A stretch of DNA of 64,000 bases from a virus (IMGVR_UViG_3300029543_000174:50821-114820), one strand, 5' to 3'. Shown: positions 1 to 9,883, numbered from the stretch's first letter. Notes: generated by a model from the letters alone, not told the origin. Program-made: numbers and translations.

Positions 1-1
1 A

Positions 2-649
2 CCGGTTGAACATTGGTACTTATATAACACTGAGGAAAAAAAGAAATATACAATTACTGAATACAGACAGGCAATCAAAGACGGTAAATATACCGAAAAA
101 GATTTCATCTGGCGTTCAATGACATTTCATGTTTTCCACGAAAGTTGTATTGAAGGTATGCCTGCTGCAGAAAAGCACGAAATGCCTCAAATCACCCGAT
201 TAGATTTCATTGATACATTGATTTCTAACTTGGGCGTAAAGTACAAGGAAGAGGGTAATGATGCTTATTATTCACCTTCAATGGATACGGTAGTTGTACC
301 ACCAATGAAGAATTTTAAGAATGAATATGAGTATTGTACTACTCAACTTCATGAACTTTGCCATTCGACAGGACATTCAAGCAGACTTGCAAGAGATATG
401 AGCACAGGGTTTGGTTCGGAAGAGTATGCAAGAGAAGAATTAAGGGTAGAAATTGCTGCCTCGTTAATTGCTTGCGATTACGGTTTACCGGCTTCTGAAT
501 CAAATACCAACAATCATTTGGCTTATGTTCAATCGTGGATTGAAACACTTAAAAACAAGCCTGATGAACTTTTTAAGGCTATTAAGGATGCTGAACAGAT
601 TGCCGAGTATATCAAAAAAAATTGTGAAGTAAAAGAAAAAGTTGCTTAA
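2..649 (+). CDS. ArdC-like antirestriction protein (ssDNA-binding N-domain plus zincin-like C-domain); 5' end truncated by window edge
   Basis: Frame is open from nt 2 with no upstream stop. The C-terminal part has LHELCHSTGH (HExxH-like), typical of ArdC and DUF1738-type proteins. Confidence 0.6.
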   Translation, partial: PVEHWYLYNTEEKKKYTITEYRQAIKDGKYTEKDFIWRSMTFHVFHESCIEGMPAAEKHEMPQITRLDFIDTLISNLGVKYKEEGNDAYYSPSMDTVVVPPMKNFKNEYEYCTTQLHELCHSTGHSSRLARDMSTGFGSEEYAREELRVEIAASLIACDYGLPASESNTNNHLAYVQSWIETLKNKPDELFKAIKDAEQIAEYIKKNCEVKEKVA

Positions 650-665
650 TTAGGAGGAAAAAGTA

Positions 666-2210
666 ATGACATTACTTGAAAGTAAAATTAGAGCTTTTCT
701 CAAAGATTATGAGGATGTTGTAATTAGAGAAGAAGACGGCAAGTATTATTATGACTTGTATTGTGATATTGATGATGAATTGAGTAACGACCAGATTAAT
801 GAAATTTTAATTTCTGATAATCCGATTGAAACTCTTTACCGTAAAATCAGAGAAGCGTATTATCAAAGTCTTTATGAGGTTGAATTAAATTTAGCTGCTG
901 ATTTTAGAAAAAGCAAATATGGCTATACTGAAAAGATTGATGATGCTTTCGATTGGTTTTACAATAATATAATTCTCGATTATCCGAAATTAGCAGAGCA
1001 TTTTCTCAAACAAAAAGTTTGCACCAATATCTTTCTTGATACCGGTGATAAAGCAAATGGATATGAGGATAATGATATTTATCCATCCGGCTATGGCAGA
1101 TATGATGAATTGTATGACATTTCCGACAAATCATCTGTTCTTTGGCTTGCTAATCAGCAAGGATACAGTAAGGATGACTTTCTTGATGTATTTGAAAGTG
1201 AATGCAGAAATACCAAGTCAGGACTTTTGTACGACCTTTATCATGAATTACTTAATTCTTATAACGGTGGTTGTATTGCTGTATTAACTGAAATGACATT
1301 ACAGCAGATGATTGATATTAATGATGCAAAAAATGATAACATTGCTGGCTTTGTTACTATTGAAAAGAATACATCTGTCGGTCTTTATGATTATGCAAAC
1401 GGCGGTGGAGGCCCTTTTGATATTGAATTGGAAAAAGACCTTGATATTCCGATTGCTTATATTGGTGAGTGTCTTGCTGATTCAACAGTAGGTAGTATTC
1501 AAAATTACACTCTTTCCAGTGTCTATGGTACTTGCGATTCTTTTTGGCAATACGGCAAAAAAGAACCACAAATATTTATCCCTGATATGGATAAACTTGC
1601 AAATCTTGATATTTTTTCTTGGCGTAGTACATCACCAAATAACCGTGTTTTGGAACATGTCTACTTTAACCCTGATGCAAATTCAGGTTTTCAGTTTGTA
1701 TATGACATTATACAAGATAAAGAGGTAGCAAAGGCAATTGAAGAGTCAAGCGACAGCAAAGAGTTCTTTGACATTATCAATAACTGTGAGAGAAAAACAG
1801 AACTTACAGATATTGATGAATTGTCTCTTTTTAAAGAAATATATTTTAAATATTGCTTTGAAAAGAATTCTTCTTGGTACTACGGTACTAACAAAGAAAC
1901 ATATCAGAAACTTTATAAGGTCTTTGTTAAATCACCTGAAGTGGTTATTGACAAATCAGTTCTTCAAACAGATGAAACATTCAGGTATATGCTCCTTGAT
2001 AGGATGAAAATTGATTGTAACTATTATTTAGGTAATGGTGACGGTCATAACAAATTTCTTTGGGGCGGTAATGTGGAAACTCAAATTGCTTATATGAGAG
2101 CACTTTACGATAGTTTCCCTAACGAAAAAAAGCCTGAATGGATTTCTATTGAAGATATTGACAATTACCAAAAAAAAATGATTGAAAAGGAGACAGTAAA
2201 GAATGCCTAA
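666..2210 (+). CDS. hypothetical protein (514 aa)
   Basis: Long ORF with a GGAGG RBS 7 nt upstream of the ATG. No domain recognised. Confidence 0.5.
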   Translation: MTLLESKIRAFLKDYEDVVIREEDGKYYYDLYCDIDDELSNDQINEILISDNPIETLYRKIREAYYQSLYEVELNLAADFRKSKYGYTEKIDDAFDWFYNNIILDYPKLAEHFLKQKVCTNIFLDTGDKANGYEDNDIYPSGYGRYDELYDISDKSSVLWLANQQGYSKDDFLDVFESECRNTKSGLLYDLYHELLNSYNGGCIAVLTEMTLQQMIDINDAKNDNIAGFVTIEKNTSVGLYDYANGGGGPFDIELEKDLDIPIAYIGECLADSTVGSIQNYTLSSVYGTCDSFWQYGKKEPQIFIPDMDKLANLDIFSWRSTSPNNRVLEHVYFNPDANSGFQFVYDIIQDKEVAKAIEESSDSKEFFDIINNCERKTELTDIDELSLFKEIYFKYCFEKNSSWYYGTNKETYQKLYKVFVKSPEVVIDKSVLQTDETFRYMLLDRMKIDCNYYLGNGDGHNKFLWGGNVETQIAYMRALYDSFPNEKKPEWISIEDIDNYQKKMIEKETVKNA

Positions 2211-2847
2211 TTGGTGTGTAACGGATATTGAGGTATCCGGCAAGAAAGACGAATTGTCAAAATTATATGATTTAATTAACACTTGGGGTCAAAAATCATT
2301 AGATGGGGATTCAAATGGAGATTATTTCTTTTTTAGATTTAAAGATGTAGTTGAACTTACAGATATTGTTAAGTATGCAGAAATCTTTACTGAAGATAAA
2401 CTAAATAGTTTATCAATAAGAGGCAATCTTGAAGATATGCAAATTCAAAATGATGGTAGTTTGCTTATTCGTGTTACAACCCCTTGGAATCCAATGTTAT
2501 TAATGTGGGTTAGAATTTTTGATAAATATTTAACCGATTATACGATGTATTATATGTCGGAAGAATCAGGAGAAGGTATTTATATTACAAATAACCCTAA
2601 GTATATTGGTACATATAATTTTGATGTTAAAGATCATGATAGTTTGGAAGAAAAACTTGGCAAAGGCAATGTGCCTGAAACCGAAAGTTATGTTTCCGAA
2701 AAACGAATCATTGAAATTTTGCAGAATCTTCTCAAATCAGAGTTAAATGATATTGATGAGTTAATTACTAAATTTAATTCGTCATATTTTATTGATGATA
2801 TTTCAATAAATAAATTTAATTTTGTTCCAATTGAAGATGTTTTGTAA
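2203..2847 (+). CDS. hypothetical protein (214 aa)
   Basis: ORF with an AAGGAG RBS. Its start overlaps the upstream gene. Confidence 0.45.
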   Translation: MPNWCVTDIEVSGKKDELSKLYDLINTWGQKSLDGDSNGDYFFFRFKDVVELTDIVKYAEIFTEDKLNSLSIRGNLEDMQIQNDGSLLIRVTTPWNPMLLMWVRIFDKYLTDYTMYYMSEESGEGIYITNNPKYIGTYNFDVKDHDSLEEKLGKGNVPETESYVSEKRIIEILQNLLKSELNDIDELITKFNSSYFIDDISINKFNFVPIEDVL

Positions 2848-2899
2848 AAAAGAAATTATTAAGCAGTAGGAACAATCCTGCTGCAAACGGAGGTTTACT

Positions 2900-3964
2900 A
2901 TGAAACTTATAACTAAAGAAATAATCAAATTGTTTGAGAAGTATCCGATTGGAAGTCAAGACGGAAAGGGAGGAGATGCAACAGTAATTGTTAAATTCTT
3001 CTATCCTGCCGGTGCGGCTACATGGTTAATTACCGAAGGCAATTTGATTAAGGATGAAAACGGAAATGTTTCAGATATTGAAATGTTCGGTTTCTGTTGC
3101 CCTATGGGCGTTGAATACGGTGAGTTAGGTTATGTTATGTTATCAAACCTTGAATCAGTTGAAGTAATACCGGGATTAAAAGTTGAAAGAGATTTATATT
3201 TTCCTAATGGAAAAATTAATCTCCGTAATGCTTGTATGAAATGTTTCATGACCATTCCTGAATTGTTTGACTATCCTTTGTATTACTCAATTTATCAACT
3301 TAAAGAAAATGATGATAACCGTCATCTTCGATTTGCAAAATTTAATGAACTTGAAAATGGTTTGGCAGATATTAAAGCTGAAAACTATTATCAAGTTTAT
3401 CGTGACAAATATGAAGATAATATTGATATGACAAAATCATCTGAACAACTTTCCTTGTGCAATTCTTTATATAGCTTGCTTAATAGTGATATGCCTATGC
3501 CACTTGGTTGGTACGGTCACTCTTTATCAGTAAGTGACATCATTACTCTTGAAAAAGGTAATATAAAATCTGCATATTATGTTGATGCTATCGGTTTTAA
3601 ACAGTTACCTGATTCACTTGTTGATGAACTTAAAACTGAGCAAAATAATTATCTTCCAATTCAACTCGTTGCGTTTATAAAGAATATGGACTTTTATGAA
3701 TTTAACGACAATCTTGAAATCGGACAAACAGATGAAGATGCCATTGAAGAGGTGCAAAAACAGCTCAATGATAAAAAAGCCCGTGAGGGTATTTTAAAAA
3801 CATTGAGAGAGTATTTGGAAAATTCGGAGACTATTATTTCAAATACAACCATTAAAAAGCTTAGTCTGATTGAGCTTAGTCTGATTGCTGACAGTTTAAT
3901 AATGGAATATCTTATAAGAATGGTATCTCAATATCAAGAAGAAACGGAGGATAACAATGGCTAA
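2900..3964 (+). CDS. DUF2958-domain protein (family often linked to ArdC on conjugative elements)
   Basis: N-terminus VIVKFFYPAGAATWLITEG...FGFCCPMGVEYGELGYVMLSNLESV...VERDLYFP matches the DUF2958 signature recalled from memory. RBS ACGGAGG. Confidence 0.55.
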   Translation: MKLITKEIIKLFEKYPIGSQDGKGGDATVIVKFFYPAGAATWLITEGNLIKDENGNVSDIEMFGFCCPMGVEYGELGYVMLSNLESVEVIPGLKVERDLYFPNGKINLRNACMKCFMTIPELFDYPLYYSIYQLKENDDNRHLRFAKFNELENGLADIKAENYYQVYRDKYEDNIDMTKSSEQLSLCNSLYSLLNSDMPMPLGWYGHSLSVSDIITLEKGNIKSAYYVDAIGFKQLPDSLVDELKTEQNNYLPIQLVAFIKNMDFYEFNDNLEIGQTDEDAIEEVQKQLNDKKAREGILKTLREYLENSETIISNTTIKKLSLIELSLIADSLIMEYLIRMVSQYQEETEDNNG

Positions 3965-4565
3965 GTTATATTTCAGATATGGCGCAATGGGTAGTTCTAA
4001 AACTGCTAATGCTCTCATGGTTGCTCATAACTATTCTGAAAGAGGGCAAAGGGTTCTTTTAGCAAAGCCTGAGACTGATACAAGAGATGTCGGCGTTTTA
4101 CACAGCAGAATAGGTCTTGAAAAAGAATGCGTTTCTGTTGAAAGACTTTTTTGGCTGTACGAAAACTTTGCTAAATCAATTGATAACCGTTTTCTTAAAG
4201 ACTATGATTGTATTATTGTCGATGAGGCACAGTTTTGTGATAAATCTGAAATTGAATTTTTCACACATATTGTGGATGACTTAAATGTACCGGTTATTTG
4301 CTACGGTTTGCGAACTGATTTTCAAAATAATTTATTTGAGGGTAGTAAGTGGCTGTTAGCTTGGGCTGATGAAATTGAGGAGCTAAAAACCGTATGCTGG
4401 TGTGGTAAAGCTGCTAAGTGCAATGCTCGTATTGACAGTGACGGAAATATTATAAGAGAAGGTGAGCAGGTACTTGTGGGCGCTAATGAAAAATATGTTT
4501 CTCTTTGCAGAAAACATTTTTATCAAGGCAACACAGGTCCAAAATCACATTATCTTGATAAATAG
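3957..4565 (+). CDS. tdk: thymidine kinase
   Basis: P-loop GAMGSSKT, VDEAQF, and a C-terminal CxxC...CxxH zinc ribbon. About 200 aa, as expected for thymidine kinase. Confidence 0.85.
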   Translation: MAKLYFRYGAMGSSKTANALMVAHNYSERGQRVLLAKPETDTRDVGVLHSRIGLEKECVSVERLFWLYENFAKSIDNRFLKDYDCIIVDEAQFCDKSEIEFFTHIVDDLNVPVICYGLRTDFQNNLFEGSKWLLAWADEIEELKTVCWCGKAAKCNARIDSDGNIIREGEQVLVGANEKYVSLCRKHFYQGNTGPKSHYLDK

Positions 4566-4577
4566 GAGGATATTTGT

Positions 4578-5042
4578 ATGTCAAAATACAATCCGGATAA
4601 CATTAAAGATTTAAAGGAATTTATTGGCTTGCTTACAGGTGATGCTGGTTATTTTCCTGATGAACTTTTTGATTTTGATGCAACACTTCTTGGTAAAGCA
4701 ATGGAAAAACCATTAGTAAATCGCTCTGCAAAAACAATTTTTAGCGATGCTTTTCAAATTGCTTGTGATGAATTAACAAGTCAATTTACATGTATGGAAA
4801 TATTCCATTTCCCAGATAATGAAAAAGTAAATACATTTGTTCAAAAATGTATTCAAAAACATTTTTTGTCGGATTTATTTAAAATAAAAGGAGATGCTGT
4901 TTCTTCTTATATTGAATTTATTTGTAAAGACAAAGATGTTATTTCAGTAATGAAATTTCTTGATGAGGAAACCGGATGCTTTTCTTACTTTCAAGAAGAA
5001 GTACCAATAATCGAAAATTTTGATATTGTTTTAAATAATTAA
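4578..5042 (+). CDS. hypothetical protein (154 aa)
   Basis: ORF with a TAGGAGG RBS. Confidence 0.45.
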   Translation: MSKYNPDNIKDLKEFIGLLTGDAGYFPDELFDFDATLLGKAMEKPLVNRSAKTIFSDAFQIACDELTSQFTCMEIFHFPDNEKVNTFVQKCIQKHFLSDLFKIKGDAVSSYIEFICKDKDVISVMKFLDEETGCFSYFQEEVPIIENFDIVLNN

Positions 5043-5057
5043 TAAAAATTAAGATAT

Positions 5058-5087
5058 AAGCAGCAGGCTTATGCTTGCTGCTTATTT
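5058..5087 (+). terminator. hairpin AAGCAGCAGGC-TTAT-GCTTGCTGCTT followed by ATTT
   Basis: Inverted repeat followed by a T-rich tract. One of a family of similar AAGCAGCAGG hairpins. Confidence 0.4.
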
Positions 5088-5100
5088 GGAGGAAAATTTT

Positions 5101-6066
5101 ATGAATGAAGAAAAATTATGTGACTTAGTACAAGATTGTTTTGTATATGATAAATATGGAAAAGTGACCTTTGATCTTTGTGATTTTATACTTCTTTTTG
5201 ATGATTTTTCGGTTAATTCGGTTAAAGCCGTTTTTAAGTGTTTAACAGATAATCAAAAAGAATTTTTAAAAAACAACTTTACAAAGTTTAAAAATTTGCG
5301 TGATGACCTTATTTTGCCTTCAAGTAGTTATATTAGCTTAGAGGTATTAAATGATATGATTACAGGTGAATTTAAAAACGCTAAAATGCGACCGGCAACT
5401 GAGGAAGAACTAAAATCCGTTTCTGACGGAATTAAATCAATCTCAAAACCGGTTGTTGATAACAAAGAAGGAGAAAATATTATGGAAAAGTCAAATATTG
5501 TTTTTACGGATGAGGATATTTTAAGATTGGAAAAATTATACTCTCAGTCAGATTCTCTTTTTTTACAAGAATTATTAAAAATTCTGAACGAAAAGAATTC
5601 GTTTAATTGTGTTGAAAAGGATGTACTGAAAGAATTAATAAAATTAAATGATTTGGCTTATAACGAATATATTAATATATTTAGTCCGGAAACAATTTCA
5701 AAGTTTGATGAAGCTTATGTTGAATCGAGAAATGAATTCTTGAAACACTTGGGCTTAGATTATCTTGTCAATTTTGAAGAAAAATTTAAAGATAAACTTC
5801 GAAAGGAATTTAATGAGTTCATCAAATCGGTTCAGGAAGAACAGAAAACAAATCCAAATTATGCAATTCAACATGCATATGAGATTTGTTGGAAACAAGA
5901 AATTGTTTTTGTTTCTGAAGATGTTTGCTATGATAATTTTGGTATCTTTACAAAGAAAAGTCTTTTGAATACCAATGGCGTTTTGGATATCATTTATAAA
6001 GAATGGCTTGACACAGATTCAAGTGACATCAATGAACAAATTTCAAAAATTATAAGTGAAGTGTAA
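5101..6066 (+). CDS. hypothetical protein
   Basis: Start moved to the ATG at 5101, which has a GGAGGA RBS. The listed 5071 start lies inside the terminator hairpin. Confidence 0.45.
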   Translation: MNEEKLCDLVQDCFVYDKYGKVTFDLCDFILLFDDFSVNSVKAVFKCLTDNQKEFLKNNFTKFKNLRDDLILPSSSYISLEVLNDMITGEFKNAKMRPATEEELKSVSDGIKSISKPVVDNKEGENIMEKSNIVFTDEDILRLEKLYSQSDSLFLQELLKILNEKNSFNCVEKDVLKELIKLNDLAYNEYINIFSPETISKFDEAYVESRNEFLKHLGLDYLVNFEEKFKDKLRKEFNEFIKSVQEEQKTNPNYAIQHAYEICWKQEIVFVSEDVCYDNFGIFTKKSLLNTNGVLDIIYKEWLDTDSSDINEQISKIISEV

Positions 6067-6081
6067 GAAGGAGAAAATTAA

Positions 6082-6720
6082 ATGATTCAATCAGCAGTTT
6101 ATTCTGAATTAAATGCTTTTTTCAACGCAAAAGAAAAAGGTGTTTCATTTCAAGAGTTTATCAAAGGTATCCACAAGTACGAGCTTATGGATGCAGAAGG
6201 TGACAAAGTACGTGATGATGACGAATTAATAAACTTCTTAACCGATAATTCAATTGATTATGAATTTGTTAGTTTGCATAAGTCAACTTACGGTGATGTA
6301 TATATGATTTTTACTTATTTTTACATTTATTTGTTACCACAGTGCAAAAAAGGTTCAAAGTATTATGTGGATTTTTCTAAGCTTACCTGGTATAAGAGTA
6401 ATTACGAATCACAAATCGTACATTGCCCTGAGTGCCAAGAAGAACTCAGCTATGTTAATGCAACAGATTTTATATTTGATAATGGTAAATGGAAAGAAGA
6501 AACATTTCCGACAGCTATTACATCAAATTTAAAATCAGGTTCATCTATGAAACTTGCTTTCTGCAGATTAAAATATGGAAAACTTCCAAAAATTTTATCG
6601 TTAGTTACACTGACTGATGATAAATTAAAAGAAGAACACAAAAAAGAATGTGAAAAGATTGGTGTTTATTGCCCTCATTGTGGTAAAAAAATCAATCTTC
6701 AAGAAAACAGAACTTATTAA
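6082..6720 (+). CDS. zinc-ribbon protein (CPECQ...CPHCGKK)
   Basis: ORF with a GAAGGAG RBS and two CxxC pairs. Confidence 0.45.
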   Translation: MIQSAVYSELNAFFNAKEKGVSFQEFIKGIHKYELMDAEGDKVRDDDELINFLTDNSIDYEFVSLHKSTYGDVYMIFTYFYIYLLPQCKKGSKYYVDFSKLTWYKSNYESQIVHCPECQEELSYVNATDFIFDNGKWKEETFPTAITSNLKSGSSMKLAFCRLKYGKLPKILSLVTLTDDKLKEEHKKECEKIGVYCPHCGKKINLQENRTY

Positions 6721-6762
6721 TAATTATGTTCCGTTTTTTAGTTCTTTAATTTAATTAAAACA

Positions 6763-6788
6763 AAAAGCCACCTTTTGGTGGCTTTTTT
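6763..6788 (+). terminator. rho-independent terminator AAAAGCCACCTTTTGGTGGCTTTTTT
   Basis: Perfect GC-containing hairpin followed by a T-run. Confidence 0.7.
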
Positions 6789-6805
6789 ATTAAAAAATGT
6801 AAATA

Positions 6806-6866
6806 TTTTGTTAAAATCGAGATTTTTTTCAAATTTTTTTGAAATATTTGCGATTTCTATAATGTA
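6806..6866 (+). promoter_or_regulatory. copy 1 of recurrent promoter-like motif (core TTTGCGATTTCTATAATG at 6848-6865)
   Basis: Shares the architecture found in 15 copies in this window. Located upstream of the dnaN-like gene. Confidence 0.5.
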
Positions 6867-6895
6867 CGGACCAAAAGGTCAGAAAGGAAAATTTT

Positions 6896-8023
6896 ATGAA
6901 TTTTAAATGTGATACTCAAATAATCAAAAGTGCTTGTGCCTCGGCTTCAAAGGCATCAAGCGTAAAAGCAACAATCCCAACATTAAAAGGATTACTTCTC
7001 GAAGCAAAGGAAAATTGTCTTACAATTACAGGCTATGATTTACAGCTTGGAATTAAAAAGTCAATTACTGCTGAGGTAAGCGACACCGGAGCAATTATTG
7101 TTGATGCAACAATGCTCAATAATATTCTCTCAAAAGTAAAAGGAAATACGGTTGAATTTGCTCTTGAAAACAATAACCTTGTAAGAATTAAATCAGGTAG
7201 GGCAAGATTTAAAATCAATGGCATTAACGCAGAAGACTTCCCGGAGATTCCGGCAGTGACAGGTGAAAACTTTTCTCTTACTGAAAAAGATTTTCTCAAA
7301 ATGATTTCAGTTCCGATTTTCGCTGCTGCTGATGAATGTCAGCAAAAGCCTATTTCTACAGGATTAAACTTTGAACTTTCGGATGGTTGTCTTACTACAT
7401 ACGCTCTTGACGGCTATCGTTTAGCTTTATACAGATTATTTAATGATTTTGTAGGTTCATACAGCTTCACAGTGCCTAAAAGAACGATTAAATGTATCAG
7501 TAAAGAAATAAGCGATTCAGAAGAAAAAATCGTCAATATAACGCTCTCTGCCAATCATATCCATATTGTAACAGATGAATATGATTTCTTTAGCAGATTG
7601 CTTGAAGGTGAAAGATTTAATTATAAGAATGCCATTCCTAACAAGTTCGTTTTTGAAACAATAATTGATGTTGACAGCACAGCCGAATCAATAAATTGTT
7701 GTGCACCTATAATCGAAAGTTCACAAAAGAATCCGATTCGTTGTGAATTTAACGGTAATCAATTAAATATTAAAACGAAATCCGTACTTGGTGAGGTCGA
7801 AGATACAATTGATATTGAGACAACAATGCAAGAAACACCTGTAACTATCGGTTTTAATGCTAAATATCTTTTAGAGGCATTAAATAATATCCCACCTGAA
7901 CACAGTACGGTTACATACAAGCTTGCAGGACCGGTTTCTCCGAGCGTTATTGTTCCTAATAAGGATGATGATTCAAACGAAAAATTCTTATTTATGGTGC
8001 TTCCTATGAGGTTAAAGAACTAA
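6896..8023 (+). CDS. dnaN: DNA polymerase III beta subunit-like sliding clamp
   Basis: 375 aa. The N-terminus MNFKCDTQ...IPTLKGLLLEAKENCLTITGYDLQLGIKKSITAEV follows the DnaN consensus (ref. tLPiL-L-a--g-L-ltgTDLE). Confidence 0.8.
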   Translation: MNFKCDTQIIKSACASASKASSVKATIPTLKGLLLEAKENCLTITGYDLQLGIKKSITAEVSDTGAIIVDATMLNNILSKVKGNTVEFALENNNLVRIKSGRARFKINGINAEDFPEIPAVTGENFSLTEKDFLKMISVPIFAAADECQQKPISTGLNFELSDGCLTTYALDGYRLALYRLFNDFVGSYSFTVPKRTIKCISKEISDSEEKIVNITLSANHIHIVTDEYDFFSRLLEGERFNYKNAIPNKFVFETIIDVDSTAESINCCAPIIESSQKNPIRCEFNGNQLNIKTKSVLGEVEDTIDIETTMQETPVTIGFNAKYLLEALNNIPPEHSTVTYKLAGPVSPSVIVPNKDDDSNEKFLFMVLPMRLKN

Positions 8024-8065
8024 TATTACCACTTGTATTTCATCACGATTCTAAAAAAATAAAAA

Positions 8066-8084
8066 TTGCGTGATATATATAGTG
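8066..8084 (+). promoter_or_regulatory. short-form promoter-like core TTGCGTGATATATATAGTG
   Basis: Same core as the other 14 copies. Lies directly upstream of the GC-rich island. Confidence 0.4.
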
Positions 8085-8139
8085 TAAGCAGAAAAATTTA
8101 ATACAGTTCCTTTTATGGCTTTTTGGGGAAATAAAATAA

Positions 8140-8550
8140 TCAAAAAGAGTATCACCAAGCTTAACTATAAAATTGGTGGGGCGGGGCGAAAGCGGCTTGA
8201 CCAAGTAACCCTGTCCTGAGCGGTGAAGTTCTTCCATACCGTTGCCTAAGTCAACTAAGTTGATATGGTTAAAAGGAAGAGGATGGAATTCAATAGAGTT
8301 CTGGGAACTGCCGGTGAGTGGAAACACTCAACAATGAGGGATCTGTACCATTGAGGCAGGTTAGATATTGGTCTAACAACTCGTCAAGTGTCCGATCAAG
8401 CGGTTTAGCGACGGCGACGGCATAAGCTGTTTTTGTCATTTTTACTGTAATGAAGAGGGGAAGGAGTTTCTTCAAATGCCCTTGGGGAAACTCTGTCCTC
8501 TCTTCACAGTACGCTCTGGTTCTGGCATCGGTTCTTAGAAGATACATAGG
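8140..8550. ncRNA. candidate structured non-coding RNA (GC-rich island; class and strand unknown)
   Basis: About 400 nt with GC content far above the ~30% GC flanks (GGTGGGGCGGGGCGAAAGCGGC...GGCGACGGCGACGGC...). Only two low-complexity minus-strand ORFs cover it. No RBS, and it sits in a 626-nt intergenic gap. Confidence 0.3.
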
Positions 8551-8649
8551 AAATAAGTAGGAAGATAATAAAGATGGATATTATATATAGTAATTTATAA
8601 TATATAGGACTGAAAAATTTTTAAAAATAAAAATAAAAAGGAGAAAAAT

Positions 8650-9168
8650 ATGTTTAATTTACAAGATGTGGCAAACGAATATCGACGTCTGGACCAAATT
8701 CTTAATGTTGACACAAGCAATATTGATTTAGTGCACTTCGCCGGTGTTTTTCGATGTGGATATTGTTCCGTTTGTGGAGAAAAATCAATTAAAATTGGAA
8801 TTAATGATTTGGTCTTTGAGTGTCCTGAAAATGAGTTTTACAATGTAATAAGACACGAATATGCTCATGCTGTTGATGCAATAAAATACAAAAACAGAGG
8901 ACATAGCCAAACTTGGAAACAAATTTGTAAAATAGTTGGCTGTATTCCATCGACACATATTCCTAAAAATTCAGAATTACAAAAGAAAGTTGAGCAATAC
9001 AATATGCAAACTGCAAAATACAAAATTACTTGTTCACATTGTGGTGAAGTTTATTACTATCAAAGAAAATCTTCTATTGTAAATGCTTATTATGCAGGAG
9101 CAAAACTTAAATGTCCTGTATGCCACAAGAAATTTTCAATTAATACGAACAAGGAAAATATTTCATAA
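8650..9168 (+). CDS. SprT-like zinc metallopeptidase-domain protein with C-terminal zinc ribbons
   Basis: HEYAHAVD (HExxH) plus three CxxC pairs. RBS AAGGAG. Confidence 0.5.
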   Translation: MFNLQDVANEYRRLDQILNVDTSNIDLVHFAGVFRCGYCSVCGEKSIKIGINDLVFECPENEFYNVIRHEYAHAVDAIKYKNRGHSQTWKQICKIVGCIPSTHIPKNSELQKKVEQYNMQTAKYKITCSHCGEVYYYQRKSSIVNAYYAGAKLKCPVCHKKFSINTNKENIS

Positions 9169-9186
9169 AAAATATTAAGCAGTAGG

Positions 9187-9212
9187 ATTATTCCTGCTGC
9201 TTATATGTACAC
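9187..9212 (+). terminator. hairpin AAGCAGTAGGATTATTCCTGCTGCTT
   Basis: Inverted repeat after the gene end, followed by an AT-rich tract. Confidence 0.4.
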
Positions 9213-9253
9213 AAAAAACAATATAATCAATAATTTATAAAGGAGAATTATAC

Positions 9254-9883
9254 ATGGCGTATTATGCTGTAAAAGTTGGCAGAGAACCCGGTGTTTATAA
9301 CACTTGGGATGAATGCAATTCACAGGTGAATGGTTTTCCAAAAGCAATATATAAGAAATTTTCTACTTTAGAGGAAGCTGAAATATTTGCTGACGTGAAA
9401 AACAAATCTTCTGCCAAAAAAGTTAAAACTGAAAAGAAAAAATCAAAAAACAGTAAAATTCCTGATAAAGAAAGAGCAATTGCTTATACAGACGGCTCTG
9501 CAATCGGTAATCATGTGATTGAATGCGGCTCAGGCGCAATTATTATTTGGAAAGAAAATGTTGTTAAAATCTGTTCTAAGCTTTCAGGACCTATTGTTAC
9601 ATCAAAAAATGTAACAGGTGAGATTTATGCTGCAATGTCGGCTATGAGTTTTGCAGTACAAAATAACATCAAAGAGGTTGTTATTTATTACGACTATGAG
9701 GGAATAGCAAAATGGTGTACAGGTGAGTGGGAAGCTAACAAGCAAGTAACTCGTCGGTACAGGGAATTCTTTGATTTCTGTTCGGGCAAAACAAACATTA
9801 AATTCAAGAAAGTCAAAGCTCATTCAGGAGATGTTTATAATGAGATGGCTGATGAATTGGCTAAAAAAAGTATTAATTTGTAA
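9254..9883 (+). CDS. rnhA: ribonuclease H1 with N-terminal hybrid-binding (caulimovirus viroplasmin-like) domain
   Basis: N-terminus MAYYAVKVGREPGVYNTWDECNSQVNGFPKAIYKKFSTLEEAEIF (HBD). The C-terminus has RNase H motifs AYTDGS, E, D and HSGDVYNEMADELAK. Confidence 0.75.
   Translation: MAYYAVKVGREPGVYNTWDECNSQVNGFPKAIYKKFSTLEEAEIFADVKNKSSAKKVKTEKKKSKNSKIPDKERAIAYTDGSAIGNHVIECGSGAIIIWKENVVKICSKLSGPIVTSKNVTGEIYAAMSAMSFAVQNNIKEVVIYYDYEGIAKWCTGEWEANKQVTRRYREFFDFCSGKTNIKFKKVKAHSGDVYNEMADELAKKSINL

Noticed and set aside
8043-8547. Two overlapping minus-strand ORFs (94 and 85 aa) covering the GC-rich island.
   Set aside because: Their products are low-complexity with no RBS and they run against the uniform + orientation. 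The region is better explained as a structured RNA or foreign GC-rich insert.
8140-8550. tmRNA, RNase P RNA or group II domain V identity for the GC-rich island.
   Set aside because: No tRNA-like 3' end with an ACCA terminus or tag ORF ending in AA-stop is present on either strand. The RNase P hallmark GGAAAGUCCGG motif is absent. The nearest domain-V-like string (GAGCGGTGAAG...ACCGTTGC) does not form the required helix. The RNA class is left open.
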